DNA of 64,000 nucleotides from Nitrosopumilus sp. GTDB taxonomy: Archaea; Thermoproteota; Nitrososphaeria; Nitrososphaerales; Nitrosopumilaceae. The position numbers were made by a program, and so were the translations under genes. Positions 38,051-47,665 of the stretch are shown here, one piece after another (the stretch's first letter is position 1; each line of letters opens with the position of its first letter). The DNA is taken from contig OZ250186.1 in assembly GCA_965238275.1 (NCBI GenBank), positions 800,001 to 864,000 of the forward strand, written 5' to 3'. The notes beneath the pieces are model-generated. The model worked only from the letters and a program-made list of their open reading frames with translations. It ran no database searches and was not told the origin of the DNA.

Positions 38051-38317
38051 ATGCCGTATACTGTCATGCCACAGGTCAGTACCGCTGATGACATAGAACG
38101 AGAATCAAGGCGGGTCATAGGTGCATTGTACGGCGATGTCAGCGACTTTCGGGTCAACGCAACGTTTCAGATTCCGGAGAAGGGGCCACGGGAGGCATGG
38201 GACGTGCAGGTAAACTTTATGCTCAACTCCCTAAAGTATACCGTCGATCTTGAGATGCAGGAAAAGGACGGCCAAGTAACCAATGCCAGACTAATCGACA
38301 CCATGACACCTCTCTAA
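38051..38317 (+). CDS. Small hypothetical protein (PepSY-like)
   Basis: AWDVQV...YTVDL...DGQV pattern. Start at ATG 38051 or 38066. Confidence 0.55.
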   Translation: MPYTVMPQVSTADDIERESRRVIGALYGDVSDFRVNATFQIPEKGPREAWDVQVNFMLNSLKYTVDLEMQEKDGQVTNARLIDTMTPL

Positions 38318-38336
38318 TTTTTAAAATCTCTCAAGC

Positions 38337-38855
38337 CTATACTGTCAAAATCTTCTTTGCTTCCTTGATCCTTCCAAGCAGGCTGTTGATGTAGGTGTCT
38401 GCAAACCGCTCAAACGTTACATATTCGTTGGCCCTGTCCAAGCTCTTCTGCTTTTTGTACTCTGCTTGCAGCCATTCAAAATCGGACTCCTTGAGGCTGA
38501 TGGCGCAGTTCTGGGAGTCAAACTTTGACTCTATCACGTTGGCGATGAAATAGCTGACAAACTTTGTAAAGCACTTTACCCTGTACTTCTCATAATACTC
38601 CTCCCCAAGCTCCGTATGGTTTGCCTCCAGCCACTGTTGTATATCCGACCTGATGGTCATGGTGTTGTATCGTCCCGAGAGATCAAGCCTGATCCTGTGC
38701 GGCTCCACAGAGTAGTAGCCGCGCCTTACCTCATTCATCATGATGATCAGCGTGCTTGGAAGAAACATTCCGGGATAATTCTTGTCTGTTACATCCTGCA
38801 GTTTTGCAATGATCGCAGGCTTCAGGCCCACGGTGGCATAGCCTTTTCCGGGCAT
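38337..38855 (-). CDS. Hypothetical protein, possible tandem ribbon-helix-helix DNA-binding protein
   Basis: MPGKGYATVGLK, YNTMTIRSD and CAISLKESD each begin a strand-helix-helix unit. Confidence 0.55.
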   Translation of the reverse strand: MPGKGYATVGLKPAIIAKLQDVTDKNYPGMFLPSTLIIMMNEVRRGYYSVEPHRIRLDLSGRYNTMTIRSDIQQWLEANHTELGEEYYEKYRVKCFTKFVSYFIANVIESKFDSQNCAISLKESDFEWLQAEYKKQKSLDRANEYVTFERFADTYINSLLGRIKEAKKILTV

Positions 38856-39003
38856 ACCCAATAGACTGGTCTGATGCTTATATCATTTTCAGATTCCCAT
38901 ACGTATCTGTCCTTGCCAATCCAAATGTGACGTCGCATCCTGTTCGGGTATCGCTCCCCGGCACCATCCATGCTTCTGATTCTGCACCGCAGACGGTTCC
39001 GTA

Positions 39004-39168
39004 CTACTTTTTCTTGAACTCCTTTATCAGCCGGATTGCCACCCACACCGTTCCCATTATCATGGTTCCGACGCCAAGGCCGCTATAGAACGGATCTTCT
39101 CCACCGGTCTGGCTCAGGCCGATCCCCAGTATGATCAAAATGACTGCAAACGCATACTGCTTGTCCAT
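39004..39168 (-). CDS. Small two-TM membrane protein (54 aa)
   Basis: MDKQYAFAVILIILGIGLSQTGGEDPFYSGLGVGTMIMGTVWVAIRLIKEFKKK. Below the ORF-track cutoff. Confidence 0.65.
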   Translation of the reverse strand: MDKQYAFAVILIILGIGLSQTGGEDPFYSGLGVGTMIMGTVWVAIRLIKEFKKK

Positions 39169-39447
39169 GTCTCCCTTGGGGCTGATGAACTAATAAGATT
39201 TTGAAGGCGTTGCGGTACCTGGTCCATGTCGGCCCCGGAATGGGATTTCTGACCATCGGCGATCCGTCATCTGCCCGCAGAATACCGGTTCCCGGATTTG
39301 ATCCGTTTGTGCATCAAAAACGCACAAAAACTCAAAAATCACACAGTTTTTCTAAGAAAATGTACTATACGCATTATTTTTACACACTAAAACGTATTAT
39401 ACCTGAAAATTTCAATATTTATATAATTTCACGTGTATATCTAATGG

Positions 39448-41034
39448 ATGGCAGAGGTTGACGGATTTGGTGCTGCAATTATCGTATTCATCATAATCAC
39501 GCTTGTAGTGGGCGTCCTTGCAGGCAGGCTGGTAAAAAAGAGCGGCAAGAGGCTGATAATTGCAGGCAAGAGTCTGCCGCTGGTCATGGTAGGAACAATG
39601 CTTGCAGCACAGGCAGTGGACGGAAACTCGTCACTGGGAAACATCTCGCTGGTCTTTCAGTTCGGATTCTGGGCCGGGGCCGTCGTTCCGATAGGTTTGG
39701 GAGTGTGCCTGCTGGTGGTTGCCGCATTCTATGCCAAGCCGCTAAACAAGATGTCGATGATCACCCTGCCTGACTTTTACTACAGAAGATTCGGAAACGG
39801 GGCCGAGGGGATATCCGGCGTGCTCATGATTCTCAGTTTTATCATTCTTGTGGCAGGAAATCTGGCTGCCAGCGGGTTCATTCTAGAGGTCGTATTTGGA
39901 ATAGACTATTTCTGGGGCGTGTTGATCTCATCTTTGGTAGTCGTGGCATATACTATAGCCGGGGGACTGTTTGCCTCTGCATACACGAACCTCTTCCAGG
40001 TGTATCTTGCAATAGGCTCGTTCTGGGCAGCATTCCTGTTCTTTGGCGGCGGCTTTTCAGAGGTGCCGTGGGACGTCATATACAACAACGCTCCGCCGGA
40101 GTTCTTGGATCTCTCGGGACTGTATGATATCGCCAACGGGGCCCTGATCAACTGGGGTGCCATACTTGCACTGGGACTTGGAGACATCATCGCACTTGAC
40201 TTCATGGAGAGGGTGTTCTCTGCCAAGAATCCAAAGACTGCAAGGAGGGGCGCCCTCATGGGAGGCGCACTGACACTCTTTACAGTTATTCCTACCAGCA
40301 TGCTGGGAATCGTGGCATTCTACTATCTTCCCGGAGACACACTGCCTGACTTGGCCCTGCCACTGCTTGCCACGGAGTTCATGCCGTTTGCCATAGGGGC
40401 CTCCATACTGATGGGGGTGATCGGGGCATCCATGTCCACTGCAAGCGGGGGGCTGCTGGCCATATCAAGCGTGGTTTCTCGGAACCTGCTACAGAGGATA
40501 ATCCGGCGCAGGTGGCTGGGCAAGCAGGCCTGGAGCGACGGCAAGCTGCTTGTAACCACGCGGATTGTCATTGCCCCCATGATGATAGCCGGCGCCACCC
40601 TGGCATACTTTGTACCGGCACCGGGGGTCTTTCTCGTGCTGGCATTTGATATCGTCTTTGCCGGAGCCTTGGCGCCTCTCACATTCGGACTGTTCTGGAA
40701 GAAGGCAAACATGCCTGCAGCCATTACCTCCCTGCTTGTAGGATCATTCCTGCGGCTGGCGTTCTTCTTCGTAATTCCACTAGAGTACGACGGAATAGGC
40801 TCAATGATACCGCCTGCAGTCTCGTTTGTACTGTTTATAGTGGTCGCACTTGCAACCCAGAACAGGTATCCAGGAAAGGCAAGGCACGACATAAGGGACT
40901 ATGTTCCGCCCGAGGAGGATATCATTGCCGGCGAGGATCTCAAGCACTTTCAGGAGAGCGACGAGTCGCTGTCCGGCGTACAGAACACAGACACGTCGGG
41001 GCCGGACTCTGGCATGGCGCACAAGAACACCTGA
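39448..41034 (+). CDS. Sodium:solute symporter (SSS family)
   Basis: About 13 TMs, ITLPDFYYRRFG, YTIAGGLFASAYT, ASMSTAS, LFWKKAN. Confidence 0.9.
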   Translation: MAEVDGFGAAIIVFIIITLVVGVLAGRLVKKSGKRLIIAGKSLPLVMVGTMLAAQAVDGNSSLGNISLVFQFGFWAGAVVPIGLGVCLLVVAAFYAKPLNKMSMITLPDFYYRRFGNGAEGISGVLMILSFIILVAGNLAASGFILEVVFGIDYFWGVLISSLVVVAYTIAGGLFASAYTNLFQVYLAIGSFWAAFLFFGGGFSEVPWDVIYNNAPPEFLDLSGLYDIANGALINWGAILALGLGDIIALDFMERVFSAKNPKTARRGALMGGALTLFTVIPTSMLGIVAFYYLPGDTLPDLALPLLATEFMPFAIGASILMGVIGASMSTASGGLLAISSVVSRNLLQRIIRRRWLGKQAWSDGKLLVTTRIVIAPMMIAGATLAYFVPAPGVFLVLAFDIVFAGALAPLTFGLFWKKANMPAAITSLLVGSFLRLAFFFVIPLEYDGIGSMIPPAVSFVLFIVVALATQNRYPGKARHDIRDYVPPEEDIIAGEDLKHFQESDESLSGVQNTDTSGPDSGMAHKNT

Positions 41035-41085
41035 GTCCCTCCCTCCCTCCGTATGTTTTAATATTTTATCGATGATGTGGAATAG

Positions 41086-42777
41086 ATGAAGTATCCTGAC
41101 TTGTTGCCTGCGGACCTTGCACGCGTGGGAACCGCAGAATCAAGAAAGCTCAACCTCATAGTGGGCCGGCTGGTAACTGATGCCGTAAAGACGTCTTTGG
41201 GGCCCAGGGGGATGGAGAAGATCTTCACTGACATCATCGGCGAGGACACCATAACCAAGCACGGCGGCGCGTTTCTGCGAAAAGTCGACGTCGAGCATCC
41301 CGTGGCCAAGGCGATAGTGGAAGGCGTCAACACGGTGGATACGCACGTGGGGGACGGAACAGTCTCTGCTGCAATCCTGATAGGCTCCCTGCTCAAAAAG
41401 GCCGACGGGATGCTCGGGATGGGACTGCAGCCTGCCACAATCATCAGGGGGTATGAGCGGGGGCTGGATCTCGCACTGGAGACGCTTGACGAGGTAAAGA
41501 TGGCCCGGGATGCCTCGGACAGACATGTCCTGGAGCAGCTTGCAGCCTCGTGTCTTGACGGAAAGGCCATAACCAGCCTGGTCTCTGATGCACAGAGACT
41601 CCGGCAGATGATAGTTGATGCATGTTGCCATGTGGCCGATCTTCAGAACGGCTCCATTGATGTTGATGACATCAAGATAGAAGAAAAGCTTGGAAACGCA
41701 AACGACATACAGCTGGTCCGGGGAACCGTGATTGACAAGACCATTGACAATGCGGCAATGCCACGGTGCGTTACTGATGCCAGGATACTGCTCCTCAACG
41801 AGCCGCTTGAGACGATGCGCACCAAGACTGACGATGCCATTGAGATAGACTCCCCGGAGCAGATGTCGCGCTTTCTTGAACAGGAGGTCATCGACGTGCG
41901 CAATATGGTACAGAAGATTATTGGTTGCGGGGCCGGCGTGGTCGTGTCCCGAAAGGGGATAAACGACATTGCACAGGAGTGCCTTGCACAGGCCGGAATA
42001 ATCTCGATAAGAAGGGCCAAGTATAATGATCTCTGGTGGCTTGAAAAGGCCACGGGAGCCTCCGTCTGCAAGAGTCTTGATGCAGTGTCCTCCTCGGAAC
42101 TGGGATATGCGCAGAAGGTGCATGAGAGGGTGGTCGGCGACGAGAGGATGGTATTTGTCGAGGGCTGCAGGAACCCGCGCTCGGTGACCATCCTGCTGCG
42201 TTCAAACTCCAAGAGGTATCTTGACGAGTTCCACCGCAGCGCCCTTAACGCGCTGTTCGTACTGAGGGACTTTATCCAGACCCCGTACGTGGTGCCCGGA
42301 TGCGGCTCCATCGAGGCGGTGCTGGCAGACAGGATCAAGGAGCGATCAGTCGGCATAGGGGACAGGAGCCAGATTGCAGTTGCAATGTTTGCAGACGCCC
42401 TGGAGGAGATCCCGCTGACCCTGGCAAGAAACGTCGGCATGGATCCGCTTGACACCCTGGCTGCCCTCAGATCCCACTATGGGGATTCCCACGGCAGATC
42501 CAGATGGTACGGCATAGACTCGGAGAGGAGGTCAGTCTCTGAGATGCCTGGCACGGGGGTGATAGAGCCCCTTGTGGTCAAACAGCAGGTGCTAAAGACT
42601 GCAGCAGAGGTGTCTGCGATGATCCTCAACGTTGATGACATATTCATGAAGGACGAGATTGACAACACGCACTGCCACATAGACGGAACGGTCCATGCGC
42701 ACCATGACGGCGGGAAGGCGCACAACCACTTTGAGCAGGAGGGGTTGGAGCAGAGGCAGATGCACCACTACTACTAG
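41086..42777 (+). CDS. Divergent group II chaperonin with His-rich C-terminal tail
   Basis: SLGPRGMEK, HPVAK, GDGTVS, IPLTLARNVG, ILNVDD; tail HCHIDGTVHAHHDGGKAHNH...MHHYY. Confidence 0.9.
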   Translation: MKYPDLLPADLARVGTAESRKLNLIVGRLVTDAVKTSLGPRGMEKIFTDIIGEDTITKHGGAFLRKVDVEHPVAKAIVEGVNTVDTHVGDGTVSAAILIGSLLKKADGMLGMGLQPATIIRGYERGLDLALETLDEVKMARDASDRHVLEQLAASCLDGKAITSLVSDAQRLRQMIVDACCHVADLQNGSIDVDDIKIEEKLGNANDIQLVRGTVIDKTIDNAAMPRCVTDARILLLNEPLETMRTKTDDAIEIDSPEQMSRFLEQEVIDVRNMVQKIIGCGAGVVVSRKGINDIAQECLAQAGIISIRRAKYNDLWWLEKATGASVCKSLDAVSSSELGYAQKVHERVVGDERMVFVEGCRNPRSVTILLRSNSKRYLDEFHRSALNALFVLRDFIQTPYVVPGCGSIEAVLADRIKERSVGIGDRSQIAVAMFADALEEIPLTLARNVGMDPLDTLAALRSHYGDSHGRSRWYGIDSERRSVSEMPGTGVIEPLVVKQQVLKTAAEVSAMILNVDDIFMKDEIDNTHCHIDGTVHAHHDGGKAHNHFEQEGLEQRQMHHYY

Positions 42778-42808
42778 TACCGTTACATGTCCGCCGCATC
42801 ATGCCATG

Positions 42809-43558
42809 CTAGAGGATGCTGCCTGGAGTAAGTACGCCGTAGATTATGTGCGCCCCTATCGCAAGGCTGAACGCACCTGCCAGATACCTGGCAATCCTCT
42901 GTACGGATCCCGCCCTTGAGGTAAGGGCAAGCGGCAGGCCGATCAGGTTGCTTATCAGGGTCATGCCGATTATGGAGCCGAGTCCGAATATGAGGATGAA
43001 GCTGATCACCATTCCTGCGCTGTCCAGCGTGACTGCAGTCAGGACGACCAGGCTGCCGCTGCCTGCAAGCCCGTGGATCAGCCCTATGATGTACGACTTG
43101 TGGCTGTGCCTGTGATCCGTGTGACTGTGCTCATGAACATGGAATGTTCCGTCATCGTGCCTGTGGGGGTGCCTGTGCCTGAGGCTGAAGAGCCTCCTCC
43201 TGTCCAGTATCGTGACTGCCCCCAGTACGACAAGCATGACCCCCACTGCCGCCTCAAGGCCGGTAAAGACGTTATCCTGAATCTGTATTGCAAGGACGTA
43301 CACCAGCAGCCCCATTATGATCAAAGTCGTCGTGTGTCCTGCGCCCCACAGTATCCCGATTACTGATGACCTGGCTATCCCTTTCCGGATGACATCCCTG
43401 ATCCGCCCACCACCACCACCACCACCTGTTCTGGCCCCGGACACCCTGGTGGCCACTGCTGCGACATGGTCGGATTCGAACGCGTGCTCCAGTCCTATGG
43501 CAAGCCCCAACCCCAGTGCAAGCAGGGGACTGAAATCAAACAGGTTCTCCAGGGTCAT
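42809..43558 (-). CDS. Nickel/cobalt permease (UreH/NiCoT-like)
   Basis: HAFESDHVAAV, WGAGH, His-rich loop, GLIHGLAGSG, FGLGS. Confidence 0.87.
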   Translation of the reverse strand: MTLENLFDFSPLLALGLGLAIGLEHAFESDHVAAVATRVSGARTGGGGGGGRIRDVIRKGIARSSVIGILWGAGHTTTLIIMGLLVYVLAIQIQDNVFTGLEAAVGVMLVVLGAVTILDRRRLFSLRHRHPHRHDDGTFHVHEHSHTDHRHSHKSYIIGLIHGLAGSGSLVVLTAVTLDSAGMVISFILIFGLGSIIGMTLISNLIGLPLALTSRAGSVQRIARYLAGAFSLAIGAHIIYGVLTPGSIL

Positions 43559-43661
43559 GGCACACCAGAACCTGCCTGCCTTGTGTAAATATTACCCATG
43601 CCGGTAATTCCCGTGCATGTGCACGCCGGTACTACTGCCCTGGCTCGAAAACCCGGACACA

Positions 43662-44033
43662 CTATGATCCCCTCAGGACATACCTGCTGATTCTTATCGG
43701 GGAGTCAAGGACCAGCACCGTCTCTGAACTACCAGATGCCATGCGGAATACAAGCCTTCTCATGCTCTCCGGAACGCCGATCATGACATTGTCAGGTGAG
43801 ATGAGATCGCATACCTGCTCCCCTATGTCATCTGCACTCGCTCCTGCTGCGATCTGCCTCATGACGTATGCTGCCATTGCCATGACTGCCTCGTTTATGT
43901 TGATGCGTATGCCTCCCTGAATCTTCCTGTTGATGGCCTTTGCCGACTCTATCACCACATCCCGGTCGTACCCTGAAAAGATGATCATTGGCTGCGTGTC
44001 CGGATCGCCTTGAACCTCTGCGCTGAACCTCAT
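43662..44033 (-). CDS. Urease gamma-subunit-like protein (orphan)
   Basis: GIRININEAV...AG...LISPDNVMIGVPE resembles UreA (GLKLNYPEA...DDVMEGVPE), with a divergent N-terminus. Confidence 0.7.
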   Translation of the reverse strand: MRFSAEVQGDPDTQPMIIFSGYDRDVVIESAKAINRKIQGGIRININEAVMAMAAYVMRQIAAGASADDIGEQVCDLISPDNVMIGVPESMRRLVFRMASGSSETVLVLDSPIRISRYVLRGS

Positions 44034-45157
44034 TGCCTGTCCGGAATCTTTGCACGCGGGCCGTCACTGAAGTGGTATGTGTTGCCCGTTCCCCTGTAGT
44101 CGTTGGGCCTTACAGGACTTCCTTCCTTCAGCCCCCTCTTTGTCAGGGAGAGGCCTGCAAGCAGCTCGACTATGAGCCTCTGGCCAAGTCCGGATGTTAT
44201 TCCTCCGTTGTACGAACTGTTGTCGCTGACATCATACGCAGGTGCGACTTCCACCAGATCCATGGCAAACCTGTCCGGATCAAATGATTTTGAGAGGAGC
44301 CTTACCATCCTCATTCCTTCCCTGGATGTCAGGCCGTTGGGTTCAGGCTCGCCGGTACCCGGGGCGTATGCCGGATCAAACGAGTCAATGTCCCAGCTAA
44401 GATACACTGCGTCGGTTCCGTCATTGGCCCTGTCTGCAATCTCCTTTGCAATCATGTCGATTCCAAGCTCCTCTACGTCCAGCATGGTAAACCACTGAAA
44501 GTCCTGGTCAGACATCCACTTGTACAGGTCCGGTCCCGGCCAGTATCCGCGGGGACCTACCAGGGTGTAGTTCTTTCCCTTCATGCAGCCCATCTCCATT
44601 ATCCGCCGGATGTGCGCGCCATGATCGTACTTGTAGCCTGTGAGCCCCTGCGGTGCGCAGTCTGCGTGGGTATCAAAATGAATCATGCCAATGTTTTTGT
44701 ATTTTTTTGCAAACGCCCTGACATTGGCATATGTAATCGAGTGATCTCCTCCAAGCATTACCGGTATGCCCTCCTCGTCGAGCACCTCCTTGACCTTTTT
44801 TGTCATGCGCTTGTGCGACTCTATGACATCTCCGGGGGAGACATGGACGTCCCCGTAATCCACTGTCCTGAACGTTCCAAACGGATCCGCGCCTGTCTCG
44901 ATGTTGAACCTCTCGTACGGGGGGGACGGAATCGTTGATGCGGCGCGAAGTGCCCTCGGGCCGTACCTTGCCCCGGGACGGATCGTGGTCCCAAAATCAA
45001 ACGGTTCGCCAATAACGGCAACGTCAGGCTTTGCCTGCTTTAGCTCCTCGTGCGTTCTTATCCATGGCAGGTGCAAAAACGTATTGATGCCGACAAACGG
45101 CGCAACATCGGCACCCCTGTAATCATCACCATAAAACTCCATGCCCATAACACCCAA
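44030..45157 (-). CDS. Ureohydrolase (agmatinase/guanidino hydrolase family)
   Basis: PFDFGT..RPGARYGP, GGDHSIT, HFDTHAD, WDIDSFDPAYAPGTG, DLVEVAP. Confidence 0.92.
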   Translation of the reverse strand: MGVMGMEFYGDDYRGADVAPFVGINTFLHLPWIRTHEELKQAKPDVAVIGEPFDFGTTIRPGARYGPRALRAASTIPSPPYERFNIETGADPFGTFRTVDYGDVHVSPGDVIESHKRMTKKVKEVLDEEGIPVMLGGDHSITYANVRAFAKKYKNIGMIHFDTHADCAPQGLTGYKYDHGAHIRRIMEMGCMKGKNYTLVGPRGYWPGPDLYKWMSDQDFQWFTMLDVEELGIDMIAKEIADRANDGTDAVYLSWDIDSFDPAYAPGTGEPEPNGLTSREGMRMVRLLSKSFDPDRFAMDLVEVAPAYDVSDNSSYNGGITSGLGQRLIVELLAGLSLTKRGLKEGSPVRPNDYRGTGNTYHFSDGPRAKIPDRQ

Positions 45158-45297
45158 TCGGTAAATTTGATAATTAAGGATTCTAGGTAAACTACGTATG
45201 CTGTATCATTGCTGATTCATGCGGCGTGGTGGGAGGAATTCCGGAATATGTAATGTACGATTTAACTATAAAAATAATATCTGCCAAAATAACATTG

Positions 45298-46533
45298 ATG
45301 ATAGGTGCCTCCAAGAGTTCGACTGACTACATGAACGAGGGCCTGACTGCCGTATACTATAACGAGTTCAAAAAGGCCGTATCAAAGTTTGACCGGGCAG
45401 TCTCAATTGATCCGGAAAATATCGTGGCGCAGCTTCACAAGGGCATTACGCTTGGCAGGATTGGCCGTCACAAGGATGCCGTGGCATGCTTTGATGCAGT
45501 GCTTGATGCCGATCCCAAGAATCTTGATGCGCTGTACAACCGCGGCCTGTACCTGGGGAGAATGGGGAAGTACGAGGATGCCATACGCTGTCTTGCCGAA
45601 TCCCTCCAAGTCGATCCAGGATTCCTGGACTCCCTGACTGAGACCGGGGCGTGCCTTGGCAGGATGGGAAGAAACACGGAGGCCCTGGAGATGATTGAGC
45701 GTGCGCTGTATATCGATCCGAAATACTCTGCTGCATTATACAACAAGAGCCTGATTCTGGGACGGCTGGGCAGGAAGGCTGAGGCAATGTCACTCCTGCA
45801 GGACGCGATCGAGGAGGATTCCAGACAGTCTGATGCAGTCTATCGGGAGGGACAGAAGCTTACCCGGGAGGGAAAGCACGAGGAGGCGATAAGACTGTAC
45901 ACCCGCGCCCTGGAGATTGACGACAAGAATACCAGGGCACTGGTCGCAAAGGGATGGACTCTTGACTTTGCAGGGTTCTCAAACAAGGACGTATTCGTAT
46001 TCTATGACAAGGCGCTGGAGGCAGACCCGCATTGCACCGATGCCTGGCTGTACAAGGGACTGGTGCTGGACAGGACGGGCATGTATAAGAGGGCAGTCGA
46101 GTGCTTTGATCGCATCTTGGAGTATGATCCGCAAAACATCCGGGCGCTTTACAGCAAGGGCATATCGCTCTTCTCGCTCAAACGCTTTGGGGCTGCGCGG
46201 TTCTACTGCGAGTGCGCCCTGGACGTGGATCCCAAGAACATCCGGGCCGTATGCAGCATGGTGTGGCTTTTGGAGCATGCAAAAAAATACAACGAGGCGC
46301 TGGCCTACTGCGAGCAGGCGCTGAAGATCAATCCGGACTATGTCTATGCCGTAAGCTACAAGGGAAAGTTGCTCATGCTGCTCAAGCGGTACGCCGAGTC
46401 CCTGGAGTGGTACGACAAGACACTGGCCCTTGCGCCTGACAACCAGACTGCAATATACCACAGGAACATGGTTGTTGATGCAATCGAGAAGGCCAAGAGG
46501 GATTCTGCACCCAGAAGGTTCCCAAGACTATAA
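45298..46533 (+). CDS. Tetratricopeptide repeat protein
   Basis: About 11 tandem 34-aa TPRs (ALYNRG...EDAI.C...L..DP). Confidence 0.92.
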   Translation: MIGASKSSTDYMNEGLTAVYYNEFKKAVSKFDRAVSIDPENIVAQLHKGITLGRIGRHKDAVACFDAVLDADPKNLDALYNRGLYLGRMGKYEDAIRCLAESLQVDPGFLDSLTETGACLGRMGRNTEALEMIERALYIDPKYSAALYNKSLILGRLGRKAEAMSLLQDAIEEDSRQSDAVYREGQKLTREGKHEEAIRLYTRALEIDDKNTRALVAKGWTLDFAGFSNKDVFVFYDKALEADPHCTDAWLYKGLVLDRTGMYKRAVECFDRILEYDPQNIRALYSKGISLFSLKRFGAARFYCECALDVDPKNIRAVCSMVWLLEHAKKYNEALAYCEQALKINPDYVYAVSYKGKLLMLLKRYAESLEWYDKTLALAPDNQTAIYHRNMVVDAIEKAKRDSAPRRFPRL

Positions 46534-46616
46534 ACTTCTGCACGGTGCGGATACATGACTCGCCCGGATAACGCCAATGAGACTTTAAATTATAATTCTT
46601 GCAGCTGACTTCGAAA

Positions 46617-46783
46617 TTGGATGTCTTTGATGCTATCGCATTAGCCATTCATGCAAACAATGATCAAGTTACCGGCAAGACAACAACGATGCAGAAGTTG
46701 ATTTATTTTCGTACCAGAATGATTAAAGATTTGGAGACTTAATTATGCCAACCGTTTCTATGGCATTTTATATTTTGGATGAC
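46617..46783 (+). pseudogene. Remnant of a Panacea/SocA(YwgA)-like antitoxin
   Basis: LDVFDAIALAIHAN..VTGKTTTMQKLIYF ends in a stop at 46740; NYANRFYG follows in the next frame. Confidence 0.45.
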
Positions 46784-47194
46784 TAAAGATCCGCGCAGGG
46801 TCCAATATTTCCCAGATGGCATCAAGGAGACTGCCCGGTGTTGGTTGAAAGGCCTCTTCTGATGGCGCACCAAAGATTTACACTGGTTGAGAGCCCCAAC
46901 CTTGCCACCTTCCAGCATGCGTCTCGGATTCAAGACCATAAGGGCTTTCCCCTTTGTGGTTTTATTGGCATTTCTGCATTGGAAACCAAAACAACCGATA
47001 CTGAAATTTTAAGGGCTTTAATCCATCAATCTTTCCAATTCCTGATACTCTCACATAACCCAAAATGATCACCGCGTACATCCAAACCCGGGATATTCCT
47101 GCCCGATACACACGCCGCGTGCCGGCCCAATCCGTCACGCCGGACCGGATCCGTCTCCGCTAATCTTTTAAACTGTATTCTGACCAGTTGAATC

Positions 47195-47665
47195 ATGATC
47201 TCCAAGAGAACCGTCATCGGAATGATAGTCGGATGCATAATAATCGGAATCGGGGCAGCCTCCCTTGTCGTGCACATAGGAACCATCACAGTCAACGAAT
47301 CCTACGGGCTGGTAGTGGGGGATTCGACGCTCTACACGATTCCGGCTCCTGCAGGCACCGCGCAGACCATGCAGATTACCGGAGAGTCCTTTGATCTCAA
47401 ACTGGAGATTCCAGGAGACGACCAGCAGCCCGTCTCCCGCACCTCCTACAAGGACGGGGTGGATTTGAACTGGACCCACATATCTGATGGCCCAAGCATA
47501 CTCCAGATTCAAAACACGGGGGGGACGGATCTTGAGATTAGAGGCATATTGGTTAGAAGTTCGGATCCAATCTGGTTTACATACGATCTCATGGTGATGA
47601 TATCAGGCGTGGTCATAATCGGATTCAGCATGGGCTTTACCATGCGCAAGCCCAAGGGATTCTAG
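47195..47665 (+). CDS. Membrane protein with N- and C-terminal TMs and a central beta domain
   Basis: Hydrophobic termini around a beta-rich core. Confidence 0.7.
   Translation: MISKRTVIGMIVGCIIIGIGAASLVVHIGTITVNESYGLVVGDSTLYTIPAPAGTAQTMQITGESFDLKLEIPGDDQQPVSRTSYKDGVDLNWTHISDGPSILQIQNTGGTDLEIRGILVRSSDPIWFTYDLMVMISGVVIIGFSMGFTMRKPKGF

Noticed and set aside
39170-39447. Guanidine riboswitch upstream of the transporter (also checked 45158-45297)
   Set aside because: I could not see a ykkC core or paired ACGR hairpins by eye; the regions look like plain AT-rich promoters.
43662-44033. Complete urease operon
   Set aside because: Only a gamma-like gene and a Ni permease are present; there is no ureB, ureC or ureDEFG in the window.
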